64,000 nucleotides of DNA from IMG/VR virus record IMGVR_UViG_3300042890_005556; one strand, written 5' to 3'. The position numbers and the translations under genes were made by a program. Position 1 is the first letter of the stretch, and each line of letters starts with the position of its first letter. Positions 10,061-17,963 of the stretch are shown here, one piece after another. Source of the DNA: a virus. The notes beneath the pieces were generated by a model. That model searched no databases. It was not told the origin of the DNA and was given only the letters and a program-made list of their open reading frames with translations.

Positions 10061-10806
10061 AATATGGCGTTTTGGGACGTATAGTCTATATCGCTGGCTA
10101 TGTCGACTAATATTTTTGGTCTTACTATGTCGGATTCTACATTAATATCTTTTAAATATGTTCGGAATATTGTTTCAGGGTGATATATCCCGCACATTCT
10201 GGTGTAGTATCCGAATGTTGGGAAAAGATTGCTATATTTGTCCATCAGTTCAGATGGTCCAAATGCAAACTGGTCGTTAATGCCTCCCATCCAATCTCTA
10301 TAGATCGGCACGTTTATTTTATGAAGATCATATTGGTCTAGCGGGCTCATTACCTTAATTTCTGAGTCATATCGCATACGGATTACGACGTCGAATTTCA
10401 TTGCGTTTTCGTTTTCGTAATATGATTTTAAAGCATTTGCTGCTCTGATTGAGTAGTGCATGCTTATTGGGCCTATGTTTGAGCCTATAGAGTGTAGGTT
10501 AATGTCTTCTACGCTGGTTATCTCTAAGAAATGCGGTAGCAGTTCCATTGTAACTTGATCGTAGTCTTCTATGGCTTGGTATATTGGGTTATAGAGCTGG
10601 GCTATTTGGTGTGTGTTGAGTTCTACGTTGGTCAGGTATTCGTGTTGCTTGTGTTTTGACCAGCTGTCTTCTATCAATCTGAGGGGGTTAATATTGTATG
10701 TGTGTAGGAATATTTTTGGATTGTAGTCTGAAAAATAGTCTTGTATGCTTTTTAGGCTGTTTTGGTAGTATTTTGTTGTGCCTGAGATGCAGATTGCTAT
10801 TTGCAT
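10039..10806 (-). CDS. Putative glycosyltransferase-like protein
   Basis: IAICISG, FDVVIRMRYD, GINDQFAFG and HPE motifs of a common viral GT-A-like family. Confidence 0.6.
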   Translation of the reverse strand: MQIAICISGTTKYYQNSLKSIQDYFSDYNPKIFLHTYNINPLRLIEDSWSKHKQHEYLTNVELNTHQIAQLYNPIYQAIEDYDQVTMELLPHFLEITSVEDINLHSIGSNIGPISMHYSIRAANALKSYYENENAMKFDVVIRMRYDSEIKVMSPLDQYDLHKINVPIYRDWMGGINDQFAFGPSELMDKYSNLFPTFGYYTRMCGIYHPETIFRTYLKDINVESDIVRPKILVDIASDIDYTSQNAIFYENDNT

Positions 10807-10818
10807 GTTTTGCCCTTT

Positions 10819-10862
10819 ATTATAAGTAAAGAGCCCTTTTGTGTGGGCTCTTTACTTATAAT
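10819..10862. terminator. Perfect 18-bp inverted repeat, likely terminator
   Basis: ATTATAAGTAAAGAGCCC-ttttgtgt-GGGCTCTTTACTTATAAT, immediately after the stop of the 10866-12155 gene. Confidence 0.7.
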
Positions 10863-10865
10863 TAT

Positions 10866-12155
10866 TCAGGGAGTGAGACCGTGTGATAGGCAGACTAGTT
10901 TTATTTGGTCTCTAAAGTCATTTACTGATCTTATGGTGATTCCAAAGAATTCGGCCATGTGGTTGATTTTTGGGTCACCAGCTCCAAATCTGTCGCTGAA
11001 TGATTCATATACTTCACCGTTTTGGATCAGTATATCGTAAACTTGTTGACAAAGTCCCTTTGGCAGGGATTTCCGTATGGTAGACAAAGCATCTTCGGCT
11101 TCTATTACTGAAACGTGATCTTCCAAGATCATTTTCTGGCCCTCAACAAAGCGGTGGCCTATCTGGTCTAGAGTAGAACCACCTTCGTCCTCGGTGACAC
11201 TTAGTTGATTGTCCAGAACAGTTACGTGTTCTGGGCGAATCACTACTGCTTCAAGCTCATCCTGACAAGAAGACTCATCCGTGATTTGGATAGATATCGT
11301 ATTGTTATCGATACCTAATAATACGCCATGTCTTATTGCTTTTTCTTTGATTTTAGAAAATTCAATAGAGAATTCTGGTGGCGTTTGCATTCCTAAAATA
11401 TGGAACGCATAGTGACTATCTTCCTTGGCACAATTGTAATCAATGTTCATCTGGGAGCATGTACTTGCTAGCTCTTCGGAGATGATGTAGTCTGGGCGAC
11501 CGCTGATCAATTGTGGTACCTTTTTATGTTCTTGGCGTTTGTTTTCTTTTAAGTGTTGTCTGAAGTAATTCCAGGCGAATTCACCAAAGAATTTCTTGAG
11601 CTGCTTTGGGTCGTTGACGATTGCTTCTGGGTTCTCATATTTTCTCTCGCCAGGGATTGGCTGTATTGGCGATATGATTTTTGATCCTGAGTACCCTTCT
11701 GCTAGAAGCAAGCGGTAGTCGTCGTAGTCAATGAATGTTTTTTCGGTGGTGAGGTTGCCTTTTTCGGCTATTTTGACTTTATTACAGCTAGGGCAACATA
11801 TGAGTTGCTGGTCTATGCTCTTGGCTTTACCTCTTTTTGTCAGATATTGTGTCTGCTGGCAACTTTCGCATTTAAATGTGTAGTCGCGGTGGTAAAAGAG
11901 GTTTATCACTCCGCGCCATATTGCTATCTGATATTCTAGCTCGGCTGCTGTAGAGTCGTCGGCGTAGTCTCCGCCAATTGTCACCCTGAATTGTTTCATT
12001 ATCTCTGCTCTATGTCTTACCATTTCTTTATGATTTGACACATATGTCACCATGTCATGCACTTTTTGTCGTTCGTCTTCTGAGATTTGCGACATGGTGA
12101 TGTTTACCAATGAGCCTCTGAGATATAGCTTTGGCATTTGACGAACAATCGGCAT
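10866..12155 (-). CDS. Sigma70-like factor with inserted Cys4 zinc module
   Basis: ELEYQIAIWRG (region 2.2-like), CESC...CPSC insert, FAWNYFRQ (2.3/2.4-like), C-terminal HTH NHMAEFFGITIRSV; GGAGG RBS. Confidence 0.55.
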   Translation of the reverse strand: MPIVRQMPKLYLRGSLVNITMSQISEDERQKVHDMVTYVSNHKEMVRHRAEIMKQFRVTIGGDYADDSTAAELEYQIAIWRGVINLFYHRDYTFKCESCQQTQYLTKRGKAKSIDQQLICCPSCNKVKIAEKGNLTTEKTFIDYDDYRLLLAEGYSGSKIISPIQPIPGERKYENPEAIVNDPKQLKKFFGEFAWNYFRQHLKENKRQEHKKVPQLISGRPDYIISEELASTCSQMNIDYNCAKEDSHYAFHILGMQTPPEFSIEFSKIKEKAIRHGVLLGIDNNTISIQITDESSCQDELEAVVIRPEHVTVLDNQLSVTEDEGGSTLDQIGHRFVEGQKMILEDHVSVIEAEDALSTIRKSLPKGLCQQVYDILIQNGEVYESFSDRFGAGDPKINHMAEFFGITIRSVNDFRDQIKLVCLSHGLTP

Positions 12156-12230
12156 TTGTTACCTCCATGGTTGTGTGATTACCACTGCCGTATTTTAGAA
12201 CAGACAATCCTTTTTGGCAGGAGATCCGCC

Positions 12231-12992
12231 ATGGCTCAGTATTGCGACACGAAGAAACTCGAAAAGGTCTGGTTTAACTGGCTTCTATCCAAATCAGCAC
12301 CCACGCTGGAGCCATACAGGAAAGCGGGTGTGTTGTGGACTAAAGCCATAGGTCTCGTCGATGTGAAGGGTGAGGTGATTGTCAAAGGTGGTAAGACCTT
12401 TAAAAGTCCTACACATCCTATCAGATCGCACTGTATCTTGTCAAGATATCCGTTCTTCTTTACCACTTTTAATGGTAAGCCACAAGAACTTGCGTCCCAA
12501 ATACATTATAACGAAGATGGTGATTATACGACAACCCCCATTGCACTTTCAGAGATAGAAATAGTAAAAACCAAGCCGGAAATAAAAGACATAGAACAAA
12601 TACTACTAAAAGATGGCTACATCCTAGATGCAGAAACAGGAAAAAGCTGGGAGTCCATGTTAATAGACATCAATAAAATGTGCCTCGGAATAGCATCTAA
12701 ATTCCATCAAAAAACAGCAGAAGAATTGAATGATTTAGCTAACGAAGCATTATTGCAAGTAGCTAACAAATTATCTACGGATAGGCTGGTATATACTCCC
12801 GGAAGGGCACCAGTATTCAATTTATTAACCACCACTATACATCGATGCATGTTTTCAATTATGAATAAAAGGAAAAATCAAAGAGAAGGGCTTAACAGAT
12901 TACTGCAGGACGCACAATCTGGGTCATTACCTCAAACTAACAGAAGCCTGAGACTCCAAACATTCACGACGAGAAAACATGAAAATCGTTAG
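12231..12992 (+). CDS. T4 gp55-like late sigma factor
   Basis: QYCDTKKL N-terminus and KMCLGIASKF, DLANEALLQ, APVFNLLTTTIHRC..S..NKRK parallel gp55 region-2 motifs; AGGAG RBS before ATG 12231. Confidence 0.6.
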   Translation: MAQYCDTKKLEKVWFNWLLSKSAPTLEPYRKAGVLWTKAIGLVDVKGEVIVKGGKTFKSPTHPIRSHCILSRYPFFFTTFNGKPQELASQIHYNEDGDYTTTPIALSEIEIVKTKPEIKDIEQILLKDGYILDAETGKSWESMLIDINKMCLGIASKFHQKTAEELNDLANEALLQVANKLSTDRLVYTPGRAPVFNLLTTTIHRCMFSIMNKRKNQREGLNRLLQDAQSGSLPQTNRSLRLQTFTTRKHENR

Positions 12993-13920
12993 TAACAAAC
13001 ACATTGTGCCAGCAGTAACAAAAAAACCAATAGACAATATTAAAATAGTTGTTAGTCCCCATAATAAAACTATAAGCACACTAAATGCTTATAATCAATC
13101 AGCCCATATGAAAGTAATCCCAGCACAAATAGCACCGCAGATCAAAAACAAAGCAGTCATTGATAAAAGCCTAGTAAAAAGAACTCAAAACCCAAATAAA
13201 CCAAAACCACCAGCATCGGTAACTTACGCTTCCGGCGAAGCACCAATCGAAAGCATACCAAAAATATACGGTATAAAAGACATAGGTAAAGGTAAGACAT
13301 TAGTAGTCATAGCAAACGGCCCAAGTATAAACGAAGTTGAATTGGAGAGGCTAAAAGACAAGCCAGGCATCGACACTCTATCAATAAACAGACCGGACCC
13401 ACGGGTCTGGCCAACCACATATTGGTCATTTTACGACCAATCACAGCTTGTGCGACACGAAGACCTGTATAATTATTATGAAGGCATAACCTTTCTAAGC
13501 ACAGCCATCAAGAGAGACAAGGCCAGAAGCATAAAGTTTAAAAATTTTGGCAAAAAGCAATTTAGCAGAGACTTAACAAAGGGATTATGTATAGGACGCA
13601 CAAGCTGCTATGCTGCTATGCAACTTGCTTTATGGATGGATTACGATAAGATATTCTTTTTTGGGGTTGATATGCACCCAGATGGTATTGACGGCAAGCT
13701 CCATTTCTACGGGACAAATCCCGACGTAGACCCTGATATTAGGAAAAAACGATTTAACTCAGAAGCAGAATACTTCGAATTTGCCGCAGATAACATGGAA
13801 TACCAAGAGAGAAAGAGATTTCACTTTTGTTCGTCTTACCTGACATGGCCCTTTAAATCGCGTTTCAATTACTTAGATCACAAGACTGCTATAGACGTGA
13901 TTTTAGGGTCAATGCTATGA
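12979..13920 (+). CDS. DUF115/Maf/GT42-like Rossmann protein with basic Pro-rich N-terminus
   Basis: VIANGPS, SINR and TS.YAAMQLA.WM.Y.KI.FFGVD motifs. Confidence 0.7.
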   Translation: MKIVSNKHIVPAVTKKPIDNIKIVVSPHNKTISTLNAYNQSAHMKVIPAQIAPQIKNKAVIDKSLVKRTQNPNKPKPPASVTYASGEAPIESIPKIYGIKDIGKGKTLVVIANGPSINEVELERLKDKPGIDTLSINRPDPRVWPTTYWSFYDQSQLVRHEDLYNYYEGITFLSTAIKRDKARSIKFKNFGKKQFSRDLTKGLCIGRTSCYAAMQLALWMDYDKIFFFGVDMHPDGIDGKLHFYGTNPDVDPDIRKKRFNSEAEYFEFAADNMEYQERKRFHFCSSYLTWPFKSRFNYLDHKTAIDVILGSML

Positions 13921-13944
13921 TTCAACCTAATGTATTATAAAACC

Positions 13945-14316
13945 ATGAGATACTACATAGCATCTAGTTTAGACAATGTTGCCAATGTTCGTAACGCCAT
14001 TATGAGGCTGACCGAAGCTGGGTTTAGTGTCACACATGATTGGACAAGACATGGCAGAATCACAGACCCATCACAGTATCAAGCCATTGGCGAAGCAGAG
14101 TACCAAGGCGTGATTGATGCAGATTTCATCGTGTTTTTTATGCCGACTAGGTATGGAAGCCATGTTGAATTCGGTATAGCACTAGCCTCTAACAAACCGA
14201 TTTATATGGTCACAAACGGCGTGGAATTTGAAGAAAAAACATTCTATCATCTACCATCCGTACATAGATACAGCGATTTAAATGAACTATTGCGCGAATG
14301 GGGAATAGACAAATGA
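13945..14316 (+). CDS. Nucleoside 2-deoxyribosyltransferase / dNMP N-glycosidase family protein
   Basis: YIASS (catalytic Tyr), E..GV..AD and GSHVEFG.A.A..KP (catalytic Glu). Alternative start at 13930. Confidence 0.8.
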   Translation: MRYYIASSLDNVANVRNAIMRLTEAGFSVTHDWTRHGRITDPSQYQAIGEAEYQGVIDADFIVFFMPTRYGSHVEFGIALASNKPIYMVTNGVEFEEKTFYHLPSVHRYSDLNELLREWGIDK

Positions 14317-15017
14317 GTGGAAGCGTATCAACTAAGCTCGAATTAGACGTAATGCAAGTCAATGAATTGCTTGAAGCAAGCGAGCTAATGTCCCAACATA
14401 CGCTACCAGCCATGGTCATACATTCTGGCTTGGCCCCAGACGCTTACGCAGCACGGATGAGAGTCAGAGGCAGGTACAAGATAATCATCCCTATTGATTG
14501 GCCAAAAGGCGAAAATTTTTCTAACTTGAAATTCAGGGGACTAAGCAAGCAAGCACTGGAAGCTGATGGGTTCGAGATAATGGTCACGCCAGGTAAGACC
14601 CTTCTAGATACAAAAAATGAGATCAACGTTCTGACTGAATTCATCAGAAACTTCCTGGGGGAATATGTGGAGGTTCGGTTTGTAATAGGCAATACTATTA
14701 AAACCGACGAGGAAATTGAAGTAATATGCAATGCCTTGTTAGGTATGAGAAACCCCACATTGTTGCGTAGCGATACTATCTTGAAAGTACAGCAAAATGT
14801 CATCAGCGCAGAGTCGCATCTAGCCTTTGTTAATAAGCTACGCGGCTTTGGTCTTCCCACACCTATAAAGCTATCGGGGAACATGAACAACCTGAAATCT
14901 ATCGCTTCAGCGCCAGCAGTTTTCAGGTATGCTGTCAATGTAACACAAGCCAAGAATATTATTCGAGAGATCTTGCAGCAGCCCAGTGAATTGAAGGAAA
15001 TCCTGTCCGACGTTTGA
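14313..15017 (+). CDS. DeoC (deoxyribose-phosphate aldolase)-like TIM barrel, divergent
   Basis: IDWPKG (cf. IGFPLG), ADGFEIMV, VRFVI, LRSDT (cf. IKTSTG), IKLSGN (cf. VKASGG); ATGA overlap with the upstream gene. Confidence 0.6.
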   Translation: MSGSVSTKLELDVMQVNELLEASELMSQHTLPAMVIHSGLAPDAYAARMRVRGRYKIIIPIDWPKGENFSNLKFRGLSKQALEADGFEIMVTPGKTLLDTKNEINVLTEFIRNFLGEYVEVRFVIGNTIKTDEEIEVICNALLGMRNPTLLRSDTILKVQQNVISAESHLAFVNKLRGFGLPTPIKLSGNMNNLKSIASAPAVFRYAVNVTQAKNIIREILQQPSELKEILSDV

Positions 15018-15027
15018 GAATGACAAT

Positions 15028-15417
15028 ATGATACACGATCATCTAATGGAAGCAATCAGGCAAGATGCCGACCTATTGACTAAATCCGATGCGTGGCTCG
15101 AAGAAGAGAAGAATTACTTCACAGAGCAGATGCGCAAATCCATAGAAGAGCTAAAACCCATCCTCTTAGCTATAGCTATAAAACAAAAATTGCAGCAGCA
15201 GAACATGGTGCCTAGGCAGAAGTTCATAAGAGGCAGCACAGGCCAGATAGAGAATGTTGTGATTGACTTCTGTAAGCTACCAGAAGCACTGAGAGATATG
15301 CTCAATAACGGCAGAGATACCTTAGATCAGTTGATAGCAGCTGGCAATATTGCCACATGGCAGATAGACGGGTATGACGTTAATACCTGCCTCCAAACGG
15401 CACCGAAAGGGATATAA
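15028..15417 (+). CDS. Hypothetical protein, translationally coupled to purZ
   Basis: TAATG stop/start overlap at 15415-15419. Confidence 0.7.
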   Translation: MIHDHLMEAIRQDADLLTKSDAWLEEEKNYFTEQMRKSIEELKPILLAIAIKQKLQQQNMVPRQKFIRGSTGQIENVVIDFCKLPEALRDMLNNGRDTLDQLIAAGNIATWQIDGYDVNTCLQTAPKGI

Positions 15418-16517
15418 TGCAAAACGGCAAGCTCAATATAGTCACAGACGGACAGCACGGTAGCACAGGCAAGGGTCTAATCAACGCATATCTAGCCGAT
15501 AAACACCGACCAGAAATACTCAGCACGACCAATATGGCCAACGCTGGCCACACCGCAGTCAACGAAAACGGCGAACCGTTCATAGCAAAAGCATTACCGT
15601 CATCAGCGGTCCTAAACAAATGGCGAGAGGGCTATAAACCGACAGTATTCGTAGGAGCTTCATCTGCTTTTGATCTGCAACAGCTACTAAAAGAATGGGA
15701 AGAATGCGACAAGCCATTCACACTAATCCATCAAAGAGCGGGTGTCATTACACAAGAGCAAAAAGAAAGAGAATCCGGAGCATCAGGCACAAAGCACGTT
15801 GCTAGCACCATGCAAGGATGTGGAGCATTTCTAGCAGATAAAGTCATGCGAAGAACAGATTTAAAACTCGCTAGAGATTATGAAGAGCTTCAACAATTCA
15901 TGGCCATCAAAGAAGCACATACATGGCTAAAGGCACAGCTCGAAAGCTACGGTACAATTCTCCATGAAGGAAGCCAAGGATTCAGCTTGGATATAAGCCA
16001 CGGTAGTCACTATCCAGAGTGTACAAGCCGCAGCACCACTGCTATTCAAAACCTTGCTGACCTTGGTCTTAACCACAAGCAAGTTGGTGATGTGTACGTG
16101 GTTTTCCGGCCATACCCGATCAGAGTCGGCAATGTCTATGAAAATGGGGTAGAAGTAGGCAACAGTGGTGGTTGTTATGGCGACAACCAAGAGACTACTT
16201 GGGAAGCAATAGCCGATGCTGCAGGTGCACCGCCAGAGATTAAAGCCAAGGAGCTTACAACTGTCACAAAGCGACTTCGAAGGGTCTTCACGTTTAGCAT
16301 GCAGCAAATCACCGAAGCTGCTGCAGCTAACGGTGCATCATATCTTGCGCTGAATTTTGCTAACTATATTGACTGGACTTGCTATGGCACCAACGACAAG
16401 GCAAAATTGTCAAGCAAGATTTGGGATTTCATTCATTCAGTACAAGAGCAAACAGGCGTCAAGGTGGGGCTTGTTGGTACGGGTCCTCAGATAAACCACG
16501 TAATTGACCTAAGATGA
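15417..16517 (+). CDS. purZ: PurZ, N6-succino-2-amino-2'-deoxyadenylate synthase (adenylosuccinate synthetase family)
   Basis: DGQHGSTGKG (Ser where PurA has the GDEGKG Asp), NMANAGHT, EGSQGFSL, YP.CTSR, RPYPIRVG, ELTTVTKRLRRVFTFS, and LNFANY in place of PurA's TKLD. Confidence 0.88.
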   Translation: MQNGKLNIVTDGQHGSTGKGLINAYLADKHRPEILSTTNMANAGHTAVNENGEPFIAKALPSSAVLNKWREGYKPTVFVGASSAFDLQQLLKEWEECDKPFTLIHQRAGVITQEQKERESGASGTKHVASTMQGCGAFLADKVMRRTDLKLARDYEELQQFMAIKEAHTWLKAQLESYGTILHEGSQGFSLDISHGSHYPECTSRSTTAIQNLADLGLNHKQVGDVYVVFRPYPIRVGNVYENGVEVGNSGGCYGDNQETTWEAIADAAGAPPEIKAKELTTVTKRLRRVFTFSMQQITEAAAANGASYLALNFANYIDWTCYGTNDKAKLSSKIWDFIHSVQEQTGVKVGLVGTGPQINHVIDLR

Positions 16518-17293
16518 TCAACCTATTCAAAGTCGCAATTTACACAGACGAAGCGGGGTCTACCCTCGCTTCGTCTAAGAGTATTATATCAGAATTAAAT
16601 ATTCCAAATGTCATTTTTAGAAACGTAGACAATAGGAATATTCTAAAATATGACGAAACTCGAATAAAGGCTGTCCTCAAAGAGTTCGAGGATTTTACCG
16701 TAGCTGGTCTGTCGACAGATATCAGAATAGATGATATGTTGTCAGATGATCAGATTTTCGATTTACGGAAGAAGATTTACCTTATTAAACCAGTATTTGT
16801 CAGATTCGGGTGGGCTGGAGAGAAATACTCTACGGAATTTATTGCTAGAATAATAGATATGAGTATAGAGAGCAATTTTATACCGGTTATTGAGTATGAG
16901 CATACGCATTTTAATTCTCCAAAAATCATAAAGGCACAGGACTGGGTCAACCTTTTGTCATTATCGAAGCGATTGAGAGTGAATTTTGATCCTGTTCAGT
17001 ATCTTATGCGGGTAAGAACTGATCCTATAGAGACGGTTTATGTTCCGCTTAGGAATCAAGTGAGCGTGATCGATGTAAGAGATTATAAGATTGGCGTTGG
17101 GGCTAAGACGATTGGTTACGGGTCTATTGATTGGGCTGCGTTGTTAAAGAGACTATATTCCGATAAATATAACGGTTGGTTGGCTATTAAGCCGTCTCTG
17201 GGTATCATGCATGGTGATACTCTTGGTAGAGAGATGGTTTTTTCCCATGCTTTCAGCAATTTCAAAGAAACATTGGAGGAAGCGTGTCAATAA
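16514..17293 (+). CDS. Xylose-isomerase/AP-endonuclease-2-like TIM barrel, divergent
   Basis: YTDEAG, R.V...NI, VNFDP, IDVRD and G.G.IDW..LL..L....YNGWLAI.P pattern; ATGA overlap with purZ. Confidence 0.7.
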   Translation: MINLFKVAIYTDEAGSTLASSKSIISELNIPNVIFRNVDNRNILKYDETRIKAVLKEFEDFTVAGLSTDIRIDDMLSDDQIFDLRKKIYLIKPVFVRFGWAGEKYSTEFIARIIDMSIESNFIPVIEYEHTHFNSPKIIKAQDWVNLLSLSKRLRVNFDPVQYLMRVRTDPIETVYVPLRNQVSVIDVRDYKIGVGAKTIGYGSIDWAALLKRLYSDKYNGWLAIKPSLGIMHGDTLGREMVFSHAFSNFKETLEEACQ

Positions 17294-17499
17294 ATCTTAA
17301 TGAGACGACAGCTGCTATTAGAAAAGCTGGAGCCGTCAATGTTCGCGTTGTCCCTATGAAGGGGCAAACAATCGATGGTGAGCACCAAATTGAGATTCAG
17401 AACGTGCCAGGGACTTGGCAGACTATTTTGACTGGTATTAAAAAACCTATGGCTGAGAGCATCGTGCGTGACGCCACAAACAGGGTATTGTTAGGATAA
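17284..17499 (+). CDS. Small hypothetical protein
   Basis: GGAGG RBS, GTG start, operon position. Confidence 0.65.
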   Translation: MSINLNETTAAIRKAGAVNVRVVPMKGQTIDGEHQIEIQNVPGTWQTILTGIKKPMAESIVRDATNRVLLG

Positions 17500-17503
17500 C
17501 CTA

Positions 17504-17926
17504 ATGGCTGGCTCAGACGTATTCGAAGTCGCACGCTACAAAATCGGAGATGTGGCGTGGTGGGTGAATTTAACAGCCAAGGATGACCCACAAGAAGTCC
17601 CTGAAAAAGACGAATGGATGAAAAAGCATCATCCTAAGGTCTTATTCGAACGCGGTTTATACAAGTCCCTGTGGAAGACGACTGCTGCTTTGCCTAAATT
17701 AGAGAAGACGGATTTTCTCAGTATAATGCATATATTGACGTGTGAGATGAAAATAAGCGAATTCATTGTCTCAAGTATCGCAAGAAGCAACGATACCGGC
17801 GAATTCTTTTATTCTAACTTAAACACCGAATGGCTTCCAGAGTCCAGCATGTTTGACACTAAAGAGGCAGCTGCGAAGGAAAGAAAAAGGATCATAGGGT
17901 TGGTGAAAAAATGGTGTGATTCTTAA
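17504..17926 (+). CDS. Hypothetical protein
   Basis: 140-aa ORF with AGGA RBS. Confidence 0.7.
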   Translation: MAGSDVFEVARYKIGDVAWWVNLTAKDDPQEVPEKDEWMKKHHPKVLFERGLYKSLWKTTAALPKLEKTDFLSIMHILTCEMKISEFIVSSIARSNDTGEFFYSNLNTEWLPESSMFDTKEAAAKERKRIIGLVKKWCDS

Positions 17927-17963
17927 CATTATTCAAAACTAAAGTATAAGAAGAGGACAAATC

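Noticed and set aside
15028-15417. MazZ/DUF550 or DatZ call for the ORF next to purZ
   Set aside because: No MazG-type ExxE...ExxD pattern; the HD at the extreme N-terminus has no accompanying HD-domain motifs.
15417-16517. Ordinary purA (adenylosuccinate synthetase)
   Set aside because: Lacks the GDEGKG Asp and the TKLD guanine-specificity motif; has PurZ-type GSTGKG and LNFxNY.
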